DNA of 64,000 nucleotides from positions 800,001 to 864,000 of the forward strand of contig OZ242010.1 of the NCBI GenBank assembly GCA_965204745.1, in the 5' to 3' direction. The DNA is from Candidatus Latescibacterota bacterium. GTDB lineage: Bacteria; Latescibacterota; UBA2968. The notes under the pieces are model-generated. The model did not search any database. It was not told the DNA's origin and saw nothing but the letters and a program-made list of their open reading frames with translations. Of the stretch, positions 9,958-19,873 are shown piece after piece. Position numbers and translations under genes: made by a program. Positions within the stretch are counted from its first letter, which is position 1, and each line of letters opens with the position of its first letter.

Positions 9958-11142
9958 GGCGTTGTTGCATAAATGTTGTCGTGGCTAAGTTCGTCCCTTT
10001 CCCGCGAAATTTAAGCCCTTCTTTCTATGGGATAGGACACGGGTTTCGCGATCCTCATCATGCGATTGAGCACCGCACATCCCAACCGTGCTTCCGTTTC
10101 TTGGTTCTTCTTTTTTCGTGCGCGCAACTGCCGCCCAATGAGTTGTTTGTAGCGGCCTATGTGGGTTTCAACGACCGAGCGACGATGATAGCCACTGGTG
10201 CGTTTCCACTGTCGGCGGCCTTGACGCCGGATGGCTCGGATGATTTCATCGCGGGCGAGGGGGGGTGCCTTCCTGTTTCCGTGTTGTTCAATTTTGGCAT
10301 CATGGCGCGGGGGAATCAGAGGTCGGATGGGGGCTCCTTGTTTGGGGGCGGCGCATGTGTTGAAGACCTTGCGTTTGTCATAGCCGCCATCGGCGCCCAG
10401 CGTATGGACAGGGGCCGGGACTTGATCGAGCAAGGGGTTGACCTGCGAAGCGTCATCAACGCTTGCCGAGGTCAGGGTCTGTGCGACAATCTCCCCGGTG
10501 GCCTCATCGACGCCGATGTGCAATTTGCGCCAAGTCCGGCGCTTGCAAAAGCCGTGTTGACGCACCTTCCATTCGCCTTCGCCATACACTTTCAGGCCGG
10601 TAGAATCCACCACCAAGTGGATCGGCTCGTGACGGGATTGGACAGGTAAATCCACGTTCAAATCGCCCTGTCGCCGGCAGAGGGTCGTGTGATCGGGCAC
10701 ACGCAAATCCACCCCCATCAATGCCAGGATGGACTTGAGAAACCCCTCGGTTTGACGCAGGGGCAAGGCATAGACCAAGCGCACCATCAATGCCGTTTGA
10801 ATAGCCAAATCTGAAAAGGTGTTTTGCCGCCCCCGTTGCGTTGGCCCTTGATGGTACCAGTTCCGAAGGGCTTGCGGCGTGATCCAAAACGTCAGACTGC
10901 CCCGCTGCTTGAGACCGGCCTCGTAGGCCGCCCAGTTCCTAACCCGATAGACAGGCGCACAGCGCGGGCGACGCGGGCGACGCGGGGACTTGACGGCGGG
11001 TTTGGAAGCGGTTATCTTGGGCATGACAGGTTCCTGGTGAGAAAGGGTGAGTTGTTTTGGTGATCTATATGCCCAATCTACGAAGGAGCCTGTCTTTTTG
11101 CAATCCCAACTTGCAGGAAATTGCTATTTATGCAACAACGCC
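9958..11142 (-). mobile_element. IS5-family (IS903 group) insertion sequence, 1185 bp
   Basis: 17-bp TIR GGCGTTGTTGCATAAAT; 9-bp TSD GCAACAAAC at 9949-9957 and 11143-11151. Confidence 0.95.
10011..11024 (-). CDS. IS5 family DDE transposase
   Basis: NWAAYEAGLKQRGSLT, VDSTGLKVYGEGEW, ADGGYD, YHRRSVVET. Confidence 0.95.
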   Translation of the reverse strand: MPKITASKPAVKSPRRPRRPRCAPVYRVRNWAAYEAGLKQRGSLTFWITPQALRNWYHQGPTQRGRQNTFSDLAIQTALMVRLVYALPLRQTEGFLKSILALMGVDLRVPDHTTLCRRQGDLNVDLPVQSRHEPIHLVVDSTGLKVYGEGEWKVRQHGFCKRRTWRKLHIGVDEATGEIVAQTLTSASVDDASQVNPLLDQVPAPVHTLGADGGYDKRKVFNTCAAPKQGAPIRPLIPPRHDAKIEQHGNRKAPPLARDEIIRAIRRQGRRQWKRTSGYHRRSVVETHIGRYKQLIGRQLRARKKKNQETEARLGCAVLNRMMRIAKPVSYPIERRA

Positions 11143-11181
11143 GCAACAAACTCAAAAAATGACGGATTTCTGAACGCGCTT

Positions 11182-12438
11182 TCACTCATCGTATAGCAAA
11201 TACTTTTGGCGGGCGGCGGAGAAGTTGGCGAGTTGTTCCGTCCATTGTGACCAGATGTGCTGTGGGGCATCGCCTCTTAACAGGGCTTCGCGTATGGTGC
11301 TCGTGCCCATGGCTTTGTCGAATCGGTCATACCGGTCTCGTGGGATTTTGAACTCGGGATATTGCGCGATAAAGTGCGCGAGCATTTCGACTTCCGTGCG
11401 CGTGGGGTGAAATGCGATGGGGTCTTCCACGTCCAAAAATACGGCTTGCACCTCCTCGTTGCGAAACAGCCCTTTGTCGGGCACAAATGTCATGGCGCGA
11501 AAGCGCGCGCCCGGCAGTTGTCGCGCGTTTAGGGCGCGGGCCGTTTTCTCTGCGTTGACCCAGGGCGCGCCCACGAGTTGAAAGGGCGTTTCGGTTCCGA
11601 TGCCGATGTGCAAGGTGCCCAGGGTGCCGATTGTTCCGGTTGCGGCGAAACACACCGCGGATTCGGGCGAGGGGATGTTGGGCGAGGGGGCGACCCAATC
11701 GCGCTCGACATCTTGCCAGCGCGTGGTGCGTTGGTAGCCGGCCATCGGTATGACGGTAAGGGAACACGCGAGGGCGTGCTCTCGGTTGAGATAGCGCGCG
11801 AGTTCGCCAACGGTCAGGCCATAGACGCGGGGCACGGGATACAGGCCGATAAATGACAGCCATTTTTCCTCGGTCACCGGGCCATCCACTGTCAAGCCGC
11901 CCAGGGGATTGGGGCGGTCGAAGACGATGACGCGCTTATCGCGTTCGGCGGCTGCGGCCATGACCTCGGCCAAACTCCAGATGTAGGTGTAGGCCCTGCT
12001 GCCCACGTCTTGAATATCGTAGATCAGGACATCGACCTGGGCCAAGGCCGCTGGCTTGGGTCTTTTGCTACCTCCTCCGTAGAGCGAAAACACGGGCAGG
12101 TCGTTCAGTTGCGTATCGCCGATGCGTTTGCCCGCTTCTTCCCGCGCTTTGATCCCGTGCTCGGGGGCGAACAGCGCGACCAAATTCACCTCTGGATGTT
12201 GCCGCAGGGCATCGATCGTCGTCTCGGCCGTTTTCGTGCGACCCGTGGGATTGGTGATCAAGCCCACCCGCGCGCCCGCTACGAGCTGGGTATGATGGTT
12301 CAAAAACACATCTACCCCCATCTGCACTTGCGTCGCCAGGAAGGCCGGGATGAGGCAAGCGATGAGCAAACAGGAAGGCGCGACAAAAATAACCCACAGC
12401 AAGAAGTCGTCATTCCACTTAATCGTTCTCATTTTCAT
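11182..12438 (-). CDS. DUF1343 / NamZ-like exo-beta-N-acetylmuramidase
   Basis: GLITNPTG, LFAPEHG, YDIQDVGSRAYTY, DRPNPLGG, PSPNIP. Confidence 0.88.
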   Translation of the reverse strand: MKMRTIKWNDDFLLWVIFVAPSCLLIACLIPAFLATQVQMGVDVFLNHHTQLVAGARVGLITNPTGRTKTAETTIDALRQHPEVNLVALFAPEHGIKAREEAGKRIGDTQLNDLPVFSLYGGGSKRPKPAALAQVDVLIYDIQDVGSRAYTYIWSLAEVMAAAAERDKRVIVFDRPNPLGGLTVDGPVTEEKWLSFIGLYPVPRVYGLTVGELARYLNREHALACSLTVIPMAGYQRTTRWQDVERDWVAPSPNIPSPESAVCFAATGTIGTLGTLHIGIGTETPFQLVGAPWVNAEKTARALNARQLPGARFRAMTFVPDKGLFRNEEVQAVFLDVEDPIAFHPTRTEVEMLAHFIAQYPEFKIPRDRYDRFDKAMGTSTIREALLRGDAPQHIWSQWTEQLANFSAARQKYLLYDE

Positions 12439-12509
12439 TTTCCCAAATTAAAAACGGGCAGTTGCACATGCGACTGCCCTTTGTGTTGTGTGAACCCGAT
12501 GTGATCGCG

Positions 12510-12722
12510 CTATTGCGCGGCTTTTCGCGCCTGCTTTTTCCAGTTGCCATAAGCCTTCCAGTCGATGGTTTCGCGCTCGCCATTGCAATTCAAAATCCCG
12601 GCGTTCAGATATTCCTCGATTCGCGCTTTGACCTGTTGGGGAGACAGATTCAGTTGTGAGGCGGCGACGTCTTCGCCAATGCCGGCCACCAGCAGTTTCA
12701 ACAACGCCTTGTCGTCCATCAC
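12510..12722 (-). CDS. Small hypothetical protein (possible HTH)
   Basis: AAGGAG RBS; 70 aa. Confidence 0.55.
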   Translation of the reverse strand: MMDDKALLKLLVAGIGEDVAASQLNLSPQQVKARIEEYLNAGILNCNGERETIDWKAYGNWKKQARKAAQ

Positions 12723-12931
12723 GGGACTCCTTCACAGAATCGCGCAATGCCCTCTCAAATCAGAGCACTGGACGCGAATGGGTGGGGGATTGCGGAAGGA
12801 AAGCTAGGCGAGGAAGAAGCATTGCAAGCGCCCGCCAAAAAGCAGACATAGCGATTCCCGCCCGCGAAAATACAATATAGTGATTCTCGACCTGCTCGCA
12901 AGACAAATTGCGCTGTGTTGGGTGGGGGCGA

Positions 12932-14362
12932 TCAGGCCACGGGCAAGGGCGCGTGATCGCCCGTTTCGTGTTGCCAGAGGCGAATGCGGGCCGCCATTTC
13001 CCGGACGCGATCTCGGTGGATGGGGTCATCGAACAAATTGGTTTGTTCAAAGGGATCGCGGTTCAGATCGAATAATTCGCACTGGTCGCCCGCGCACAAA
13101 TTGAGTTTCCAATGGTCGCCCGTCACCACGCAACGCCAAGGTAGGGTTGCCATCAAATTGATCTGTGCATTGCCCAAGTTGCGGTCGCCAATGCCGTTCC
13201 ATTCCATGAATGCCGCGTGATCGCGCAGATGGGCCTCGCCGCGCAACACATCGGCGCACGCCCTGCCCGGAAGCGATTTTGGGATGGGCTGATCGGCCAG
13301 TTCCAAGAGCGTGGCGATCAAGTCCGCGTGCCCAAAAACGCCGCCGACGCGCCGTTGCGACTGCGCGAGCCAGGGCGCGCTTAAGATCATGGGCACGCGC
13401 GCGGATTCCTCGTAAAATGCGCGTTTTTCCAGCATGGCGTGATCGCCTGCCATTTCGCCGTGGTCGCTGGTGAGTGCGAAGATCGTGTTTTCCATTTGCC
13501 CCGTGTCTTCCAAGACTTTCACCATGCGGCCCACGGCGTCGTCGATGATTTTTACGTTGCCGTAGTACTGGGCGCGCAATTTTCGCCAGGAGTGTTCTCG
13601 GCGCAAGTCTTCGCCCTCGACCGTGTGGTCGAGGTAGTGATCGGCGCGGGCGCGGTTGAACAGGGCGTGCCCTTCGGGCTTTTTGAGAAATGCCGGGCCG
13701 ACCGGCAATTGGTCGGGGTCGTACATGCCGTCATAAGGCCCGGTCATGGGCGGGTGCGGCTCGAACGTGCTGAACACGAGCAGCCACGGGCGGTCTGCGT
13801 TTTCTCGAATGAATCGCTCGGCGTGATTGGCGACGAATGCGGCCATCTGGTATTCGGGCGGCAGTTGGGAACGCTGGCGCGGAGAGAAGATGATTTCCCC
13901 GGTCGCGCTGTTGTTTTGGGGCGCGATGCCCTGCGCTTTCATCCAGTCGTAATAGCTGCTAAAGGGCAGGCCCGGCCGGGAATATTTGTTGCGGTGGTCG
14001 TCTTCGGTGCTGATCCATTCGTCAAACCCGTGTTGTCGCACGGAGTCGTCTCCCAAATGCCACTTGCCAAACATGGCTTTGCGGTACGCGTTGGGCAACA
14101 TTTCTGCGATAGATGGAATTTCATCGCGCAACTGCTCGCGGTTGACCACGCACCCGTGGGAATGCGGATACAGGCCGGTCATCAGGGATCCGCGCGCGGG
14201 CGTGCATACGGGCTGCGTCACATAAGTGTTGTCAAAGACAAAGCTGCGCTCGGCCAGCGCGTCTTGATGCGGGGATTGAATCCAGTCGTTGCCGTAACAC
14301 TTCATGGTATCCGTGCGTTGCTGATCGCTGATGAACAGCAGAATATTCGGTTGCTTTGGCAT
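12932..14362 (-). CDS. Formylglycine-dependent sulfatase
   Basis: PNILLFISDQQR, CTPARG (CxPxR), GKWHLG, SDHGEM. Confidence 0.93.
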   Translation of the reverse strand: MPKQPNILLFISDQQRTDTMKCYGNDWIQSPHQDALAERSFVFDNTYVTQPVCTPARGSLMTGLYPHSHGCVVNREQLRDEIPSIAEMLPNAYRKAMFGKWHLGDDSVRQHGFDEWISTEDDHRNKYSRPGLPFSSYYDWMKAQGIAPQNNSATGEIIFSPRQRSQLPPEYQMAAFVANHAERFIRENADRPWLLVFSTFEPHPPMTGPYDGMYDPDQLPVGPAFLKKPEGHALFNRARADHYLDHTVEGEDLRREHSWRKLRAQYYGNVKIIDDAVGRMVKVLEDTGQMENTIFALTSDHGEMAGDHAMLEKRAFYEESARVPMILSAPWLAQSQRRVGGVFGHADLIATLLELADQPIPKSLPGRACADVLRGEAHLRDHAAFMEWNGIGDRNLGNAQINLMATLPWRCVVTGDHWKLNLCAGDQCELFDLNRDPFEQTNLFDDPIHRDRVREMAARIRLWQHETGDHAPLPVA

Positions 14363-14522
14363 GCGGTTACTCCTCTTGAAGTTACACGAGAAATGCGATA
14401 CGCATGATCAACGTACGCGGTCTCTGGGGTCATGTCAAGGTGGATTTGAGGGCACTTTTTTTCGTAGCGCGCGCTGAATTTTGGTATGTTATGGAGGTGG
14501 CGTATTTTTTGAGGAGGGTACT

Positions 14523-15047
14523 TTGCGCGTGTTGAGAGCATATATTCGATTTGCCGATGGGTTGAACGAGTGCGTCGGCCGGGGGATTGCGTGGTTGACC
14601 ACGGCGTTGGTCGCGGTGGTGTGTTACGATGTGTTCACGCGCTACTTGCTCAAAAACAGCCTGGTCGCGGTGCAGGAACTCCAATGGCACTTGTTCGCGC
14701 TGATCTTTCTCATCGGCGCGGCGTATTCGCTCAAATACGACAAGCACGTGCGCGTGGATGTGTTTTACAGCCGGTTTTCGCCGCGCAAACGCGCCTGGGT
14801 GAATTTTGTCGGCAGCCTCTTGTTTCTCATTCCCTTTTGCATCATCGTCATCATCAGTTCGCAGACTTTCGTGGTCAGTGCGTTCCACATCGGTGAAACG
14901 TCGCCGGATCCGGGCGGGTTGCCCGGCCGATGGGTGCTCAAAGCCGCCATTCCCGTGGGCTTTGTGTTGCTTTTGCTGCAAGGGCTTGCCCTGGCGTGCC
15001 GGTCGTTGCTCGGCATCCTCGGACGAGGCGAGGAGGTGGATGTATGA
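14523..15047 (+). CDS. TRAP transporter small permease (DctQ)
   Basis: QELQWHL, HVRVDVFY, SPDPGGLP; GAGGAGG RBS before TTG. Confidence 0.88.
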   Translation: MRVLRAYIRFADGLNECVGRGIAWLTTALVAVVCYDVFTRYLLKNSLVAVQELQWHLFALIFLIGAAYSLKYDKHVRVDVFYSRFSPRKRAWVNFVGSLLFLIPFCIIVIISSQTFVVSAFHIGETSPDPGGLPGRWVLKAAIPVGFVLLLLQGLALACRSLLGILGRGEEVDV

Positions 15048-16363
15048 TCGAAGCCATGCCCTTGATTCTCTTTGGCGTCTTGTTTCTCCTGTTGTTGCTC
15101 GGATTTCCCGTGGCGTTTACGCTGGGCGGCGTCTCGTTCATTCTCGGGTATATCGCGTTTGGCCCCGAGTTCTTCAAGCTCTTGCCCCTGCGTATTTGGG
15201 GGGTGATGACCAATTACGTGTTGATCGCCGTGCCCCTGTTCGTGTATATGGGGGTGATGCTCGAGAAGTCCGGGTTGGCGGAAGATTTGCTCGAGACGAT
15301 GGCACTGCTCTTTGGTCATCTGCGCGGGGGACTCGCGCTTTCTGTGGTGGCCGTGGGCGCGATGTTCGGCGCGTCAACCGGGATTGTGGGGGCGACTGTG
15401 GTGACGATGGGCTTGTTGAGTTTGCCGACGATGCTCAAACGCGGCTATCGGGCCGAGGTCGCCACGGGCGCGATCTCGGCGTCGGGCACGCTCGGGCAGA
15501 TTATCCCGCCGAGTATTGTTTTGGTGCTGTTGGGCAGCGTGCTCAATATTTCTATCGGCGATATGTTTGTCGGCGCGGTGTTGCCCGGGTTGATCTTGGT
15601 GGGCCTGTACGCGGCGTATCTCATTCTCGTCGCGGTTTTCAAGTCCGAGTGGGCACCTGCGATGCCCGAGGAGGAACTCGCGCAGTTTCGCGGCAAGGCG
15701 ATGGTACAGCGCGTTTTGAAGGCGTTTGTGTTGCCGTCTCTGCTCGTGGTCGCGGTGCTCGGTTCGATCTTTGCGGGCATTGCGTCTCCGACCGAGGCCG
15801 CGGCCGTGGGCGCGTTTGGCGCGACCCTGTTGACGGTGCTGCAGAGGAAGTTTTCGTATGCCACCCTGAAATCCGTGATGGCGGATACCACGCATCTCAC
15901 TTGTATGGTATTTGTTATTTTGGTGGGGGCGACGGCTTTTGGCTTGGTGTTTCGCGGCATGCGCGGCGACGTTTATTTGACCGATCTCATTCTTGCGGCC
16001 AACATGGGGCCCGGCGGGTTTCTCGCGTTGGTGATGGCGATGATCTTCGTCGCGGGATTTTTTATCGACTTTATCGAAATCACGTTTATTATCGTGCCGG
16101 TTGTCGCGCCTATTTTCGTGGCACTCGGGGTCGATCTGCTGTGGGTGGGGATTCTCATCGCGATGAATCTCCAAACCTCGTTTTTGACGCCGCCGTTTGG
16201 CTTTTCGCTGTTTTATCTCAAGGGCGTGGCGCCGCCCGAAGTCCGCACGGGCCATATTTACCGCGGGATTATTCCCTTTATCGCCATCCAACTGATCGGC
16301 CTCGCCCTGGTCATCACCTTCCCCGAAGTGGCGACCGAGTTGCCGCGGTATTTGGGGCGATAA
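15044..16363 (+). CDS. TRAP transporter large permease (DctM)
   Basis: GFPVAF, SGTLGQIIPPS, NLQTSFLTPPFGF; ATGA overlap with dctQ. Confidence 0.92.
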   Translation: MIEAMPLILFGVLFLLLLLGFPVAFTLGGVSFILGYIAFGPEFFKLLPLRIWGVMTNYVLIAVPLFVYMGVMLEKSGLAEDLLETMALLFGHLRGGLALSVVAVGAMFGASTGIVGATVVTMGLLSLPTMLKRGYRAEVATGAISASGTLGQIIPPSIVLVLLGSVLNISIGDMFVGAVLPGLILVGLYAAYLILVAVFKSEWAPAMPEEELAQFRGKAMVQRVLKAFVLPSLLVVAVLGSIFAGIASPTEAAAVGAFGATLLTVLQRKFSYATLKSVMADTTHLTCMVFVILVGATAFGLVFRGMRGDVYLTDLILAANMGPGGFLALVMAMIFVAGFFIDFIEITFIIVPVVAPIFVALGVDLLWVGILIAMNLQTSFLTPPFGFSLFYLKGVAPPEVRTGHIYRGIIPFIAIQLIGLALVITFPEVATELPRYLGR

Positions 16364-16400
16364 AACGAGAGACACTTCCGCGTTTTTGCCCGAGACGGAC

Positions 16401-16433
16401 AAAGCCCTCCTGATTTAACAGGAGGGCTTTTTT
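16401..16433. terminator. Rho-independent terminator between dctM and dctP
   Basis: AAAGCCCTCCTG-atttaa-CAGGAGGGCTTT followed by T tract. Confidence 0.85.
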
Positions 16434-16447
16434 GGTGATTGGCCCGT

Positions 16448-17557
16448 TTAGGTGCTCAAGTTCAGATAGTAGATCTTCTCGGAAACTTCCGCCCAGCCGT
16501 TCACTTTTTGGCGAAACGCATCGAATGAGGCGAATGCTTTTTTCGACATTGCATCGGATGCGGCGACCTCATCGACGACTTCTTCTGCGTATTGCCGAAG
16601 CGTTTTGAGCACTTCGCCCGGGAATCGCTTCAATGCGACATGGTGATCTTTTGTCAGCGTTTGCAGATACGCATTGTTCTTTGCCTCGAATTCCGAGAGC
16701 ACCCACGCATTGGCGCGGACAGATGCGGCGCGCACGATCTCTCGCAGGTGGTTGGGCAGGCCCTCGTACGCGGCTTTGTTGATGAGCAGTTCCAACACAG
16801 TGCCCGGTTCGTGCCAGCCGGGATAATAATAGTATTTCGCGGCTTTGTAAAAACCCATCGTAAAATCGTGAAATGGGCCGATCCACTCGGTGGCGTCGAT
16901 CACGCCGCGTTCGAGATTGGTGAAGATCTCCGCGCCGGCCGAAAGCACGGCTGCCCCACCCGCTTTGGCGATCACTTTGCCCCCTAGGCCCGGCATTCGC
17001 ATCTTGAGCCCGTGAAAATCGCTCATCGCGTTGATCTCGCGGTTGAACCACCCGCCCATCTGCACGCCGGTGTTGCCAGCGGGCATCGGGATCAGATTGA
17101 ACGGCGCGTAGAGTTCTTCCCACAAGGCCAAGCCCCCGCCGCTGGTGATCCACGCATTCATCTGTTGCGCGTTCATGCCAAAGGGCACAGAGGCGAAAAA
17201 CTGCGTTGCCCGCGCTTTGCCGGCCCAGTAATACGCGGCGCCGTGGCACATTTCTGCGGTGCCCGCGCTGACCGCGTCAAATCCCTCTAACGGTGGGATC
17301 AACTCGCCGCCGCCATAGACCTGTATTTTGAGTTGGTCGCCGGACATTTCTTCCGTCCATTTGGCGATGTGATTGGCCGCTTCGCCCAGAATGGGGTAAT
17401 TCGGGGGCCAGGTCGTCACCATTTTCCACGCATGTTGTTTGCGCGTTTGCACAGCAGGGGCGCGCGTCTCTTGGGGAGATGCACATCCTGCCAACAATGC
17501 CGCGCCGCCGGCAAGCCCGGCTTTTTTGATGAACTCACGACGTTTCACTCGTTCCAC
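16448..17557 (-). CDS. TRAP substrate-binding protein (DctP/TakP-like) with Tat lipoprotein signal
   Basis: KRREFIK..LLAGC; WKMVTTWP; GNTGVQMGGWF; YYPGWHEPG. Confidence 0.9.
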   Translation of the reverse strand: MERVKRREFIKKAGLAGGAALLAGCASPQETRAPAVQTRKQHAWKMVTTWPPNYPILGEAANHIAKWTEEMSGDQLKIQVYGGGELIPPLEGFDAVSAGTAEMCHGAAYYWAGKARATQFFASVPFGMNAQQMNAWITSGGGLALWEELYAPFNLIPMPAGNTGVQMGGWFNREINAMSDFHGLKMRMPGLGGKVIAKAGGAAVLSAGAEIFTNLERGVIDATEWIGPFHDFTMGFYKAAKYYYYPGWHEPGTVLELLINKAAYEGLPNHLREIVRAASVRANAWVLSEFEAKNNAYLQTLTKDHHVALKRFPGEVLKTLRQYAEEVVDEVAASDAMSKKAFASFDAFRQKVNGWAEVSEKIYYLNLST

Positions 17558-17773
17558 AAAGACCTCCAAATTGAAAACAGTGCGATAGACGAAACGGGGT
17601 ACACGGGTCGCTTCGCCGTTAGGTGCAAGGAATGGTAGTCAGTGGTCAGTCCCCGCCCGCTCCCCACCGCTATGTTCGTTAGAATTAGTCAACTGACAAC
17701 TGACTATGGTGTTCTAAAACAAACAAAGTCAAAAAAAATTGAACCTTTGGACAGTGGCGGGTGTATGCAATAG

Positions 17774-18397
17774 GTGAAAACGCACGGCAAATTACATGAC
17801 AGTTGGCTTTTTATGCGCCTTAACTACCACACGCTCAGCGATGAAAAACTCATGGCCCGCATCCAGCGGGGCGATACCGCGGCATTTGACGAACTCTATG
17901 CCCGCTACGGCAAGCGGTTGCTCTACTATTTTCATCGCATGCTCGGCGGCGACGAGGAGAAAGCGCAGGATTTTCTTCAGGATTTGTTCCTCAAAATTGT
18001 CGAGAAGCCCGCTCGGTTTAAGCGGGGCCATGCCTTTGTCAGTTGGCTTTACACGGTTGCCCACAATATGTGCAAAAACGAGTACCGCAAACAGAGCGTT
18101 CGCCAAGTCGTGTACAACGACCCGGATATCGACATGCATTGCGCCCGGTTTGATGGGGTTCATCCCATTGAAAAGGCATGCGATGAACGGGCATTTTTGC
18201 ACGCGCTGATGGACGAGTTGGACGAGCTCAGCGTGGATCAGCGCACCACCTTTTTGTTGCGGCATCAGGAAAATTGCAGCATTCGAGAGATCGGTCAGAT
18301 TCTCAACTGCTCTGAAGGCACGATCAAATCGAGGCTTCACCACATTACGCGAAAACTCGCAAGTAGGCTTCGGGCGAGAAACCCCCTGTGCGGATGA
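17774..18397 (+). CDS. ECF sigma-70 factor (start may be ATG 17813)
   Basis: SDEKLM..GDTAAFDELY; WLYTVAHN; EGTIKSRLH. Confidence 0.9.
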   Translation: MKTHGKLHDSWLFMRLNYHTLSDEKLMARIQRGDTAAFDELYARYGKRLLYYFHRMLGGDEEKAQDFLQDLFLKIVEKPARFKRGHAFVSWLYTVAHNMCKNEYRKQSVRQVVYNDPDIDMHCARFDGVHPIEKACDERAFLHALMDELDELSVDQRTTFLLRHQENCSIREIGQILNCSEGTIKSRLHHITRKLASRLRARNPLCG

Positions 18398-18406
18398 GAG
18401 GTCATC

Positions 18407-18835
18407 ATGAAAAAAATTGTGACAACGCCATTTAAGGCAGAACAACAGGTCGATGAACGGGTTTTGCGCCACGCGCTCGCGGTTCCCGAGGTCGGCGGTC
18501 TCGAACCGGATCCGGCGATTCGCAATGGCATTGTCGCCCGCATGGCCAGGAGAAAACGCCGCGGATTCAACGCATGGATTGCCCAGTTGTTTCCCGTGCG
18601 CCGCTTGTCCGTGTATCGAGCCGCATTTGCGATGGGCATCGCGTTGCTCGCGGTGTTGAGCATCCACAAGACACAGCCCAATACGGCGCCTGATCGATCT
18701 CCCGAATCCCCAATCGCCGCTGTCGATACGAGCCAAACCCAACGCGATACCCCCCGCGCTTCATCTACGGATACGCTCGCGCAATACCCGGTCAGCAATA
18801 TCTTCCGCGCTGTCAGTCCGGTGGATAGCCTTTGA
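18407..18835 (+). CDS. Putative single-pass anti-sigma-like protein
   Basis: Follows the ECF gene; one TM helix. Confidence 0.5.
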   Translation: MKKIVTTPFKAEQQVDERVLRHALAVPEVGGLEPDPAIRNGIVARMARRKRRGFNAWIAQLFPVRRLSVYRAAFAMGIALLAVLSIHKTQPNTAPDRSPESPIAAVDTSQTQRDTPRASSTDTLAQYPVSNIFRAVSPVDSL

Positions 18836-18850
18836 TTTCGCTGACCTCCC

Positions 18851-18880
18851 TTGACAAGTATAACCCGATATGGTTAGATT
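18851..18880 (+). promoter_or_regulatory. Sigma70-like promoter with palindromic operator upstream of a TA-like pair
   Basis: TTGACA-N18-TAGATT containing TAACC-cgatat-GGTTA; -10 lies unusually close to the ATG. Confidence 0.45.
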
Positions 18881-18882
18881 AA

Positions 18883-19077
18883 ATGGGCAGAATCAGACGG
18901 GGAAATTTCATTTTTTTATTTTGGGTGGGCGATCATCCCCCGCGACATGTTCATGTTTATCGGTCGGGGAAGTTGGTCGTCAAATGGGATCTGGAAAACA
19001 ATAGGGCGATGCAGGGGAAATCGACACGTCAAATTTTGAAATACATACGAGAATTACAAGACGAGGGGGCACTGTGA
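18883..19077 (+). CDS. DUF4160-like small protein (TA-like pair, first gene)
   Basis: GDHPPRHVHV motif. Confidence 0.75.
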   Translation: MGRIRRGNFIFLFWVGDHPPRHVHVYRSGKLVVKWDLENNRAMQGKSTRQILKYIRELQDEGAL

Positions 19078-19541
19078 AAATTCAAAAGGTCATGCCGAAT
19101 AACCGAGAACGGGTATTTGAAGTTCGCACGCCCCAAAATACCTATTCGTTCCCTTATGCGGTTGTGCGACCAACACCGTGCAAAGGGTGTCGGGTCGTCG
19201 AGGTTTATGTGGATCGCGAGTTGGACAACGAAGGTTTTGTCTATGTTCTCGAATCCGGAGATGAGGGCACGGTTCACATCGATCATGTGCTTGAATACAA
19301 TTGCGACCCCCGGTACATGGCAGATATATTTTTGTATAAGTTGACCTGCCAAGTTCGGGAAGCGGTCGAGCGGTCGCCATTGAGCACCCGCGAGATCATC
19401 CGGCAACTTGGCATATCGCGGGCGCAATACGACCGGTTGCTCGACCAGACCAATTATCGCAAATCCGTGCGGCAGTTGCTCATTTTGCTTCACATTGTCA
19501 AATGCGAAGTCGAATTTGTCACCAAAGAATCCCTCGTGTGA
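19074..19541 (+). CDS. HTH-containing partner of the DUF4160-like gene
   Basis: GTGA overlap; LSTREIIRQLGISRAQYDRLL HTH. Confidence 0.65.
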   Translation: MKIQKVMPNNRERVFEVRTPQNTYSFPYAVVRPTPCKGCRVVEVYVDRELDNEGFVYVLESGDEGTVHIDHVLEYNCDPRYMADIFLYKLTCQVREAVERSPLSTREIIRQLGISRAQYDRLLDQTNYRKSVRQLLILLHIVKCEVEFVTKESLV

Positions 19542-19873
19542 TCGTCTCTTTTGGCGCGTCCTTGTAGCCAACTCTCTAATTCCTGACATACGATTCGCAC
19601 ATGAAAAGGCTTGTGGCCTTTGTTCGCTATGTTACACAATTTTCGCTTGAGTACAAAACAATCCCCGCCATCGTTATCTCTCAAGATAACAAAGTGCGGG
19701 TTTCCGTAGTGCCATCCCCTCATTTTCTTAGGGATTGACTTTTCCAGATCGCTTTTGCCCTGAAACGATAAAACCATCCAATCTACTCCCTCCACAGAAT
19801 TGGGCCACAACTTTGGAATGATGACCTTTAAGCATTCCCTCATGGACTCTTCTTCGGTGAGAAGCACGATCAT
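19490..19873 (-). pseudogene. DUF4276 (TOPRIM-like) protein, apparently 3'-truncated
   Basis: TEEESM, FQGKSDL, RDNDGGDC, ELESW, then runs into the opposite-strand gene. Confidence 0.65.

Noticed and set aside
8997-10649. Complete Zorya system, or a native 550-aa protein
   Set aside because: No zorA/C/D/E nearby; the C-terminal part is antisense IS5 DNA
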